From: Arthrobacter phage Aoka
Sequence record: ON755180.1
Reading direction: 5' to 3' (one strand)
Length of the DNA: 32,000 nt
Shown here: positions 25,219 through 32,000 of the stretch, one piece after another
Layout: each line of letters opens with the position of its first letter
Numbering within the stretch: position 1 is the first letter of the stretch
Notes under the pieces: model-generated
What the model saw: only the letters and a program-made list of their open reading frames with translations
Databases searched by the model: none
Told to the model about the DNA's origin: nothing
Made by a program: the position numbers and the translations under genes

Positions 25219-25845
25219 ATGTTGTACTTCGCTAACCCCTGCGGCGGCCCGGCAGTCGTCGAGACGATGAGGAGCGGGCAGTTGGGTTACATCGACACCC
25301 CCGCCCAGGGAAACAGGCGCCCGGCCGGCGTGGAATGGTGCGCCGATAACGGCTGTTACGGGAAGGGCTATCCCGGCGACGCTCAGTGGCTCGCCTGGCT
25401 CGCCGTCAACGCCGCCGACGCCGGGACCTGCCTCTTCGCCACGGCCCCGGACGTCGTCGGGGACGCCGCGGCGACCCTCGCCCGGTCCGCGCCGTTCCTC
25501 CCGCAGATCCGGGCCCTCGGGTATCCCGCGGCCCTCGTCGCCCAGGATGGCCTCGAGGACCTCGAGGTCCCCTGGGAAAGTTTCGACTGCCTGTTCATCG
25601 GTGGGACGACCGAATGGAAGCTCGGTCCCGCGGCCCGCGCCCTCATCCGGGAAGCGAAGGACCGCGGGAAATGGGTTCACTGCGGCCGCGTCAACAGTGA
25701 ACGCCGCTATCGAATCATGTACGAGGCCGGCGTCGACTCCGCCGACGGGACGTTCCTGACCTTCGGCCCCGATCTGAACCTCCGGCGGCTGCTCTCCTGG
25801 TCCAGGGTCAAGGATCAGCCCCAACTCTTTGCCCACTCCACCTAA
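25219..25845 (+). CDS. dpdA: DpdA/TGT-like DNA (7-deazaguanine) transglycosylase, short phage form
   Basis: 'MLYFANPCGGPAVVETMRSGQLGYIDTPAQGN...WCADNGCYGKGYPGDAQWLAWL...FATAPDVVGDAAATL...ESFDCLFIGGTTEWKLG...VHCGRVNSERRYRIMYEAGVDSADGTFLTFGPDLNLRRLLSW', a pattern of actinophage TGT/DpdA-like proteins. Adjacent to the VUT transporter and QueF-like gene. Confidence 0.72.
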   Translation: MLYFANPCGGPAVVETMRSGQLGYIDTPAQGNRRPAGVEWCADNGCYGKGYPGDAQWLAWLAVNAADAGTCLFATAPDVVGDAAATLARSAPFLPQIRALGYPAALVAQDGLEDLEVPWESFDCLFIGGTTEWKLGPAARALIREAKDRGKWVHCGRVNSERRYRIMYEAGVDSADGTFLTFGPDLNLRRLLSWSRVKDQPQLFAHST

Positions 25846-25866
25846 CCCGAACGGAAAGAAATCACG

Positions 25867-26070
25867 ATGACTCTTTGGAACTACCTCGCCCTCGCCGCGG
25901 CCATGATCACCGGCCTGCTCGCTCTCGTCTCGATCCTCCGGATCCTCGTCGTCTACATCGGCAACAAGGTCTGGACCGGCCGCGGAGGCCTGCAGCTCAA
26001 CATCCTGCAGGCGGCGATCTGCGGCCCGCTCGCGGCCTGGTTCCTGACCATGACGGGACTCATCCGATGA
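25867..26070 (+). CDS. Small membrane protein
   Basis: 67 aa, two TM stretches 'LAAAMITGLLALVSILRILVVYIG' and 'AAICGPLAAWFLTMTGL'. Confidence 0.6.
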   Translation: MTLWNYLALAAAMITGLLALVSILRILVVYIGNKVWTGRGGLQLNILQAAICGPLAAWFLTMTGLIR

Positions 26071-26198
26071 CCGGTATCCCGACGATCGCCCTCGTCCCGC
26101 CGAAGCCGCAGATCCTCCACAAGCCGGAGAAGCTCAACATCTGTAAGAGCTGCGACACGGTCATCCGGTTTACCGACGAATGCGCCTGCTCCGACTAG
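26067..26198 (+). CDS. Very small Cys-rich protein (possible zinc knuckle)
   Basis: 43 aa from ATG 26067 (ATGA overlap): MTGIPTIALVPPKPQILHKPEKLNICKSCDTVIRFTDECACSD. Confidence 0.5.
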   Translation: MTGIPTIALVPPKPQILHKPEKLNICKSCDTVIRFTDECACSD

Positions 26199-26234
26199 CA
26201 CGACCGACCAACAAACACACCTAGAGGGGACACC

Positions 26235-26618
26235 ATGACCAAGCTCTCCGGCGCACTGCCGAAAGAATACGAAGACGACGGCCTCGGCGCCATCAACCGC
26301 GAACTCATCGACAACCCGCACGACACCCGCGTAGTCATCGCCCTGGTCGACTGCAAGAGCATCACGAAGGACACCGACACCGGCCTCGAGCAGGCGACCG
26401 CCCGGATCATCCAGATCGAACCGCTTACCGACTCCGACGACGAAGACCGCGCCCGCGAAATGCTCCTCGCCGCCCAGGAGCAGCGCACCGGCCGGAAGGC
26501 CCTCCCCCTCGTCGACGGCGGCACCGGCGAAGTCGACGACACCGCCGCCGCGATCCTCCGCCGCGGCGCCGGCGTCCTCGCCGCTAACGGCGTAACCGAA
26601 ATCAGGTTCAACAAATGA
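26235..26618 (+). CDS. Hypothetical acidic protein
   Basis: 127 aa ORF preceded by AGAGGGGAC. Overlaps the next gene by 4 nt. Confidence 0.65.
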   Translation: MTKLSGALPKEYEDDGLGAINRELIDNPHDTRVVIALVDCKSITKDTDTGLEQATARIIQIEPLTDSDDEDRAREMLLAAQEQRTGRKALPLVDGGTGEVDDTAAAILRRGAGVLAANGVTEIRFNK

Positions 26619-26965
26619 CCGCCCGCGCCCACAACCCGCGCCCCGGCGTCGTCCTCGAAATCATCCGGGAACGCGAAACCCAGCACGCCGTCTGGGGAGA
26701 ACAAAACCACCCCGCCGGCACCGGCCCCGACGTCATGCTCCTCGGAACCCTCTCCCGGTTCTCCAACCTCCGCGACGTCGCCAAAGTCCACACCGACATA
26801 AAAGCCCACGCCGGGAAAGTCACCTTCGCCGACATCCTGGTAGAGGAGGTCTTCGAGGCGCTCGCCGAGGAGGACCCGGCCAAGCTCCGCGCCGAACTCA
26901 TCCAGGTCGCCGCCGTCGCCGCCCAATGGGCCGAAGCGATCGACCGCGCCGAGGCCGCCCGATGA
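26615..26965 (+). CDS. MazG/NTP-pyrophosphohydrolase-like protein
   Basis: 'HAVWGEQNHPAG...KVTFADILVEEVFEALAEEDPAKLRAELIQVAAVAAQWAEAID', the phage NTP-PPase-like pattern (WGEQxHP, EExxE). Confidence 0.6.
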   Translation: MTARAHNPRPGVVLEIIRERETQHAVWGEQNHPAGTGPDVMLLGTLSRFSNLRDVAKVHTDIKAHAGKVTFADILVEEVFEALAEEDPAKLRAELIQVAAVAAQWAEAIDRAEAAR

Positions 26966-27255
26966 CCGCCGCGCCCGGCTACACCGTCGGCGGGTACGTC
27001 GAGCAGGCCCTCGGCCACCCCCCGACCGACTGGCAGAAAACCATCCTCGACGCCTGGTTCGCCCTCGGCGGCAATGATGCATATCGGGCCGTCTACCTCG
27101 TCGGCGGCCGCCGCGCCGGCCGGATGACCATCGCCCGCCGGATCGCCAAGGGATACCCCGACGTCCTCCACCTCGCCAAGCTCTACCGCGTCCCCTACCG
27201 CACCCTCTACAACGGCTACGGCCGCCAACTGATCCACAAGGGCCGCAAACCATGA
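26962..27255 (+). CDS. Small protein with Walker-A/terminase-N-terminus-like resemblance, unknown function
   Basis: ATGA overlap start at 26962: 'PTDWQKTILDAWFALGGNDAYRAVYLVGGRRAGRMTIARRIA'. Confidence 0.5.
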   Translation: MTAAPGYTVGGYVEQALGHPPTDWQKTILDAWFALGGNDAYRAVYLVGGRRAGRMTIARRIAKGYPDVLHLAKLYRVPYRTLYNGYGRQLIHKGRKP

Positions 27256-27443
27256 CCACCCCAGGCGACGCCCTCACCCGGGCGCTCGCCGACCCGGAAG
27301 GCCACGCCCTCGTCGCGGCCATCCACAAACGCAAACGAACGAACCAAGCACCACGAAAGGCGGCCGGCCCCGATGCCCTGGCTACGGATAGGCGACACAG
27401 CAGCGAATCACCCGATCGCGCTCGCCGTCCTCGAGGCGCCTGA
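27252..27443 (+). CDS. Hypothetical small basic protein (uncertain)
   Basis: ATGA overlap with the previous gene, but overlaps the next gene by 71 nt. Confidence 0.35.
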   Translation: MTTPGDALTRALADPEGHALVAAIHKRKRTNQAPRKAAGPDALATDRRHSSESPDRARRPRGA

Positions 27444-28491
27444 CGCGGACGACCGCCTCCTCAATGAGGTCTTCGGGTTCGTCACCCGCTGCGCCCTGCA
27501 GTCCACGGCGCACCTGACGGACTACGTCATCAGCCGCGGGACGGCGATCCAGATCGGCGGCCACTCGCGGGTCTGGGAGCTGCTGGACGCGGCGATCGAC
27601 GCCGGCTACCTCTCCCCGACCGAGATCGACGTCGACGGCGTCTCCCGGCCCGCGTATAAGCTCCTGGACGACCCGGATTTCATCCATATGCGGACGAGGG
27701 AAGAGATCGAGTGGGAGCGTCAGCGGAAGACCGACAACTCCAACCCGGCGCTGATCGTCCCGGTCCGGCTCCGCGACGGCGACGCCTGCCGATACTGCGG
27801 CCTCGTCGTCGACTTCCGGCCCGGCCAGCGGAAGGGCCGGATCGCGGGGACCTACGACCACCGCGAGCCCGGCCAGGCCGCCACGGTCGAGACCTACGTC
27901 GTCGCCTGCCGCGCCTGCAACGCGACCCGCGGCGACTCGGCGAACGCGGACGCGGTCCTGCCGCTGCTGCCCGAGCCGACGAAACCGTACTACTCGGCGC
28001 ACACGATCGAATGGCTCCGGACGAACGACTGGGCCAAACGCAACGGCATCAAGCCGCCGCGGAAGGGTAAAGCGATCGCGCCGGGCAACCCGGCGCGGAA
28101 GGGCGAAGCAACGCCGGCCAACGGAAGCACCACCGGGCCGGCGCCGGAGATCAACGGAAGCAGTGACCGGATCTCAACGGGCGAAACCCGCACGAATAAC
28201 CCCGGAAACGGCGCACACGCCGCCCAGGAGCCCGCAAAAGACGCCCCGCCGCCGGACGCCCCGCGCCCGGAAAAAGAGGCCCTGACAAGGGCAAACACCG
28301 GATCTGGCAGAAATCCGCAGATTCCGCAGAACGGCAGACTACAGGATCTGGAAACGCCGGGTCGGGTCGGGTCGGGTCGGGTCGGGTCGGTAGTGGCAGG
28401 ACCCCCGGGTCCGGCCACTACCACCCAGCAGCACAAACAAACACACAACACCGGCCGGTCACGGCCACGCACACGCAAGGGGACCCGATGA
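27373..28491 (+). CDS. HNH-domain protein with N-terminal wHTH-like region
   Basis: 'VPVRLRDGDACRYCGLVVDF...GTYDHREPGQAATVETYVVACRACNATRGD' matches an HNH/treble-clef core. The C-terminus is long and low-complexity. Confidence 0.65.
   Translation: MPWLRIGDTAANHPIALAVLEAPDADDRLLNEVFGFVTRCALQSTAHLTDYVISRGTAIQIGGHSRVWELLDAAIDAGYLSPTEIDVDGVSRPAYKLLDDPDFIHMRTREEIEWERQRKTDNSNPALIVPVRLRDGDACRYCGLVVDFRPGQRKGRIAGTYDHREPGQAATVETYVVACRACNATRGDSANADAVLPLLPEPTKPYYSAHTIEWLRTNDWAKRNGIKPPRKGKAIAPGNPARKGEATPANGSTTGPAPEINGSSDRISTGETRTNNPGNGAHAAQEPAKDAPPPDAPRPEKEALTRANTGSGRNPQIPQNGRLQDLETPGRVGSGRVGSVVAGPPGPATTTQQHKQTHNTGRSRPRTRKGTR
28361..28390 (+). repeat. Pentanucleotide tandem repeat (GTCGG)6 within the HNH gene
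   Basis: GTCGG GTCGG GTCGG GTCGG GTCGG GTCGG read directly. Confidence 0.95.
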
Positions 28492-28718
28492 TCTACCAGG
28501 CACAGTACGAAATCACAGACCAGGACCTCCCGGTCTCGACCCTCAAGCCCGAAGCCATCCAGCGATTCACCGAGGACGTCCTGCAGCTCGGCATGGTCAT
28601 CAACGGCCCGGTAGAAGACCCGACGCTGATCGACTTCGACGGGATCCCCTGGCTCCAGATCCGGGCCGAAGTCCGCGACGCCGGCCAGCTCCTCGGGTCC
28701 GTCGGGGCCCGGGCATGA
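28488..28718 (+). CDS. Hypothetical protein
   Basis: 76 aa ORF with 4 nt overlaps with both neighbours. Confidence 0.65.
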   Translation: MIYQAQYEITDQDLPVSTLKPEAIQRFTEDVLQLGMVINGPVEDPTLIDFDGIPWLQIRAEVRDAGQLLGSVGARA

Positions 28719-28969
28719 ACCCCGACGACCTGGTCCGGGTCCTGCTGCTCTGCGGCCTCTACGCGATCCCCGGCCTCGCCTACGGCCTCGGGTCCTGGAT
28801 CATCCTCCGCCGCCGGCGCCGCCCGCGTCCCGATGAGGTCGACGCCGTCGCGCAGGCCATCGCCCGCTGCTACGGCCACGGCCCGCTCGCCGCGATGGAT
28901 CAGACCTACCGGGACGAGTTCCGCCGGGACGCCCGCGCCGCCATCGCCGCGATGAGGAGGCGGGCATGA
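28715..28969 (+). CDS. Small single-TM protein
   Basis: 'LVRVLLLCGLYAIPGLAYGLGSWIIL', TM followed by a basic stretch. Confidence 0.6.
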   Translation: MNPDDLVRVLLLCGLYAIPGLAYGLGSWIILRRRRRPRPDEVDAVAQAIARCYGHGPLAAMDQTYRDEFRRDARAAIAAMRRRA

Positions 28970-29331
28970 ACATGATCACCGCCGACCTCACCCGCGCCGA
29001 GCAGGCACGCGAAAAATTCATCCTCGCCTGGTCGGAAAAGGAACTGCAGGACCATATCGTCGGCGTCGCCCGCGCCCTCGGGTTCATGGCCTACCACACG
29101 CACGACTCCCGCCGGTCCGAACCCGGATACCCCGATCTCCACCTGGTCCACCCGGTCCGCGGGGTCTCACTCTTCCGGGAGCTCAAATCGCACAAAGGCA
29201 GGATCTCGCCGGACCAACGAAAATGGGGCGCCGCCCTTACCGCCGCGGGCTTCGATTTCGACTACTGGCGGCCCGCCGACGTCGTCTCCGGCCGGTTCCT
29301 CGCCGAACTCCAGGGGAAGGGGACCCGATGA
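28966..29331 (+). CDS. VRR-NUC domain nuclease (PD-(D/E)XK resolvase-like)
   Basis: 'ELQDHIVGVARALGFMAYHTHDSRRSEPGYPDLHLVHPVRGVSLFRELKSHKGRISPDQRKWGAALTAAGFDFDYWRP'. Confidence 0.88.
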   Translation: MNMITADLTRAEQAREKFILAWSEKELQDHIVGVARALGFMAYHTHDSRRSEPGYPDLHLVHPVRGVSLFRELKSHKGRISPDQRKWGAALTAAGFDFDYWRPADVVSGRFLAELQGKGTR

Positions 29332-30161
29332 CCGCAACGACCGACGCCGACCTCTCCGGCCTCGCGCAGCTCGGCGCCGCGGCGAAGGACCGCCGGGACG
29401 CCTGGATCCTCGCCCACGAACGCCGCTACCTGCTCGAGTCCTCCATCTTCGGGGACCGGGAACTGCCCTACTCCCAAGCGAAAAAATGGACGGCCTACTC
29501 GCCCGAGTGCATCGGCCTGCACCCGGGCCGGGTCCGCCCGCCCGCCGACCGGCACTCCTGGCTCTGCGGCGCCTGCACCGAAGGGATCCGCCGGGACCTC
29601 TTCGCCCTCGCCGGCTGCTGGGCATTCCTCGGCGAGCTGCTCAACCGCGGCCCGGGCAAGCAGGGCGAACGGTCCGGCACGAACGAAAACGCCGCCGCGC
29701 CGCTGGATCTCAACGTCGCGGACCTCCGGCTCCGGATCTCCGGCTGGACCGCCGACGTCCTGGGCCAGCTCCTCGAGGACAAGCCCGGCGCGACCCCGCC
29801 GCCGGCGGACGCCCCGGCCCCGGTCCTGCTCCGCTGGCTCGGCCGCTGGCACTCCTACTACATCGCGACCCACCCCCAGGACTCATTCCCCGCCGCGGTC
29901 CTCGTCGAGCTCGCCGACCTCCTCGGCCGGGTCCGGGCGATGACGTTCCCCGACGGCGCGACCCGCCGCCCGATAACCTCGACCTGCTCCGTCCCGGCCG
30001 AGGACCGGACCCGCTGCGGCGGATCCCTCACGGCCCTGGTCCGGGCCCGGACCGACCCCCGCGGGTCGGTCATCGTCTGCGACCTCGACCCCGACCACGT
30101 CATCCCCGAATCCGAATGGCTCGGGATCCTCAAAACCAAAACGAAAGGACGGCCAGCATGA
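29328..30161 (+). CDS. Hypothetical protein
   Basis: ATG at 29328 overlaps the previous stop. 277 aa, Cys-containing C-terminus. Confidence 0.65.
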   Translation: MTATTDADLSGLAQLGAAAKDRRDAWILAHERRYLLESSIFGDRELPYSQAKKWTAYSPECIGLHPGRVRPPADRHSWLCGACTEGIRRDLFALAGCWAFLGELLNRGPGKQGERSGTNENAAAPLDLNVADLRLRISGWTADVLGQLLEDKPGATPPPADAPAPVLLRWLGRWHSYYIATHPQDSFPAAVLVELADLLGRVRAMTFPDGATRRPITSTCSVPAEDRTRCGGSLTALVRARTDPRGSVIVCDLDPDHVIPESEWLGILKTKTKGRPA

Positions 30162-30712
30162 CCGGCCCCGCATCCCTGCCCGATAACTACTACGAACGCC
30201 GAGGAGTGATTCCGCCCGCTCCCGCCCCGGACCCGTACTGTGACCACCGCCCGTTTGACGCCTGCCGATGCTTGACCCGCTCGCCGATCGTCCGGTTCCT
30301 CGAGGCCCGGATCGCCGAGACCGAGGAGGCCGTCCGGATCGCCGCCGAGACTGGCCTCGCTAAGTTCGGCGGGGACCCGGCCGCGACCGCGATCGTGATC
30401 ACCGGCCACGACGGCCGGACCCTCTGGGATACCGACATCCTGCTCGCCGAATGTGAGGCGAAACGGGCAATCATCCGTCAGCACGAGGCCTGGCCGGTCC
30501 TCGTCGAGCAGGTCGACGACTTCCCGCAGATCAGCCCGGCCGACGGCCTGCAGGGGATCTCGCTCGCGATGGGCCGGCGGATCGCGTGGCTCACCGAACG
30601 CGAGTACATCAGGCGCTTCGGGGTCGAGGCGCCGACCGCGCCGATGATCCGCACCCTCGCCGCCGTCTACCGCGACCACCCGGACTACCTCGACGAATGG
30701 GCCGCCGAATGA
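30158..30712 (+). CDS. Hypothetical protein
   Basis: ATG at 30158 overlaps the previous stop. 184 aa. Confidence 0.65.
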   Translation: MTGPASLPDNYYERRGVIPPAPAPDPYCDHRPFDACRCLTRSPIVRFLEARIAETEEAVRIAAETGLAKFGGDPAATAIVITGHDGRTLWDTDILLAECEAKRAIIRQHEAWPVLVEQVDDFPQISPADGLQGISLAMGRRIAWLTEREYIRRFGVEAPTAPMIRTLAAVYRDHPDYLDEWAAE

Positions 30713-31134
30713 GCCGCCGGATCAGCCCGCCGACATATCTCCTCTCCCCCATAGTCGGCTCCAGTCGCTATGCCGCCTTTTGCCTGACCTGCTCGGCTCC
30801 ATTCCTCGGCGATACTCCCATCCAGGCCGGGAACCGGGCGGCCATCCATCACGAGATCGAACACGCCCCGCCGATCGCGAAGTCCCGCCCGGCCGCGCCG
30901 AACATCCGGCCCGAGGTCCCGCCTCACGGCGAATGCTGGCGCCAGGACTGGAATGACCAGCCCCGCCTCGGCGACGTCCGCCGATGCCCGCACGGCCGGA
31001 TCCAGGTCCTCGTCGAGGTCGGCGTCGACGCCCCGGTCCAAGGTCCCGGGACGAACTACTGGCGCGACCTCTCCCGGATCTGGGACCGCCGCGCCTACAA
31101 GGCCGCGGCCCGGGCGCTCGGGGTCGGGAAGTGA
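30709..31134 (+). CDS. Hypothetical protein
   Basis: ATG at 30709 overlaps the previous stop. 141 aa. Confidence 0.6.
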   Translation: MSRRISPPTYLLSPIVGSSRYAAFCLTCSAPFLGDTPIQAGNRAAIHHEIEHAPPIAKSRPAAPNIRPEVPPHGECWRQDWNDQPRLGDVRRCPHGRIQVLVEVGVDAPVQGPGTNYWRDLSRIWDRRAYKAAARALGVGK

Positions 31135-31346
31135 TCCCGGTCGAGCTGGTCGGCGGCCCGGCCGACGGGACGCTCTTGCAGGTACAGGATCCGCCGCCCC
31201 GGTATCTGCAGCTCGCGGCGGCGTCCCTCCCGGCGCGGGATCCCGCGCCGGACCCGGACGCAGTTGTCGAGGTCCGGATGATCCTCTACCTCGACCGGGA
31301 AACATGGAACCCGAAAACCCGGTGCAGGCAGTATGTCCTCTGCTGA
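31131..31346 (+). CDS. Hypothetical small protein
   Basis: GTGA overlap start. 'VIPVELVGGPADGTLLQVQDPP...' resembles short phage/host 'GGPxDG' proteins. Confidence 0.55.
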   Translation: MIPVELVGGPADGTLLQVQDPPPRYLQLAAASLPARDPAPDPDAVVEVRMILYLDRETWNPKTRCRQYVLC

Positions 31347-31542
31347 TCAGTGGCTCGACGTCGAGGCGATCGCCCGGCTCACCGGATGGACTCCGGCCTA
31401 TGTCCGGAAGCGGTCGAGCCTGGACAAGTGGGCACGGCGCGGGACGAAGCCGCAGCAGTACAAAGCCCGGGATGTTACGCGATCCGCGAGTACATCACGC
31501 GACACGCGGGTAAGGACTCACCTGTTGAAAAAGTATGCTTGA
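31333..31542 (+). CDS. Small HTH DNA-binding protein (excisionase/AlpA-like)
   Basis: 'WLDVEAIARLTGWTPAYVRKRSSLDKWARRGTKPQQYKARDV'. Confidence 0.6.
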   Translation: MSSADQWLDVEAIARLTGWTPAYVRKRSSLDKWARRGTKPQQYKARDVTRSASTSRDTRVRTHLLKKYA

Positions 31543-31554
31543 CGCGAGTACAGT
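31525..31554 (+). promoter_or_regulatory. Candidate promoter upstream of the terminal HNH gene
   Basis: TTGAAA-N18-TACAGT near the end of the HTH gene. An AT-richer stretch than its surroundings. Confidence 0.35.
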
Positions 31555-31661
31555 TACGAACTGACGGTCGAGAACTGTCACTTGATACCGGGAACGGCAC
31601 CGCCGGCCGGTATCGCGGGGCGTAAGCGGCGCCGGGGATCCACAGCCCCGGCGCCGCAGTC

Positions 31662-32000
31662 ATGCCCGCACCTGGACAGGATCGAGCAGGGCAGGCCGCC
31701 CGGGACCGGAGGCCGACGTTGGGGAAGAACGCGGGCCGGTCCGGCGGACGATGGCGCGAACTCAAAGCGAACCAACGAGCCAAGCGCCTGCCCTGCTGGA
31801 TCTGCCAGCAGGCGATCGACTACCGCCTCCACTATCCGCACGAGGACAGTTTCAGCGTCGACCACTTCAAGCACCGCAGCACTCACCCGCACCTAGCCGA
31901 GGACCCGACAAACCTCCGGTCCGCTCACCTCCGATGCAACAAATCGCGAGGCGACCGGGACTCCCAGCCCGACCTCGGCGACGTCGCCGGCATATGGTGA
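31662..32000 (+). CDS. HNH endonuclease
   Basis: 'RLPCWICQQAIDYRLHYPHEDSFSVDHFKHRSTHPHLAEDPTNLRSAHLRCNKSRGDR', the classical phage HNH core usually located beside the terminase/packaging end. Confidence 0.9.
   Translation: MPAPGQDRAGQAARDRRPTLGKNAGRSGGRWRELKANQRAKRLPCWICQQAIDYRLHYPHEDSFSVDHFKHRSTHPHLAEDPTNLRSAHLRCNKSRGDRDSQPDLGDVAGIW

Noticed and set aside
31582-31896. 104 aa plus-strand ORF overlapping the HNH gene
   Set aside because: Alternative frame of the motif-supported HNH ORF, with no coding features.
1-32000. Search for CRISPR arrays and evenly spaced direct repeats
   Set aside because: Only short coding tandem repeats and operator-like repeats were seen. No repeat-spacer pattern was noticed by eye.

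Overview
This 32 kb high-GC window is a stretch of an actinobacteriophage genome (tailed, siphovirus-like, probably infecting Streptomyces or a relative). From left to right it holds: the 3' end of a MuF-like head morphogenesis gene, an HK97-type prohead protease, the major capsid protein, head-tail connector genes, the major tail protein, tail assembly chaperones with a probable -1 programmed frameshift, a tape measure protein with an embedded M23 peptidase domain, minor tail genes, and a lysis cassette (PGRP-type amidase plus small membrane proteins). A strong bidirectional terminator follows at about 18.95 kb. Then come a two-gene minus-strand operon, a roughly 640 bp hairpin-rich region with no convincing gene, a DUF4236-like mini-gene, and a divergent pair of XRE-type regulators. 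The rest is a run of tightly overlapping small accessory genes ending with an HNH endonuclease. The most notable locus is at 22.9-25.8 kb: a PP-loop/PAPS-reductase-like protein with an extra Cys-rich insertion, a VUT/YhhQ-like (7-deazaguanine precursor) transporter, a very small QueF-like T-fold protein that keeps the catalytic Cys/Asp/His-Glu but has a degenerate NADPH-binding motif, and a short DpdA/TGT-like transglycosylase. Together they look like a compact 7-deazaguanine DNA hypermodification system. No integrase, terminase, DNA polymerase, tRNA or CRISPR was found in this window. All family assignments come from reading protein motifs; no database search was run.
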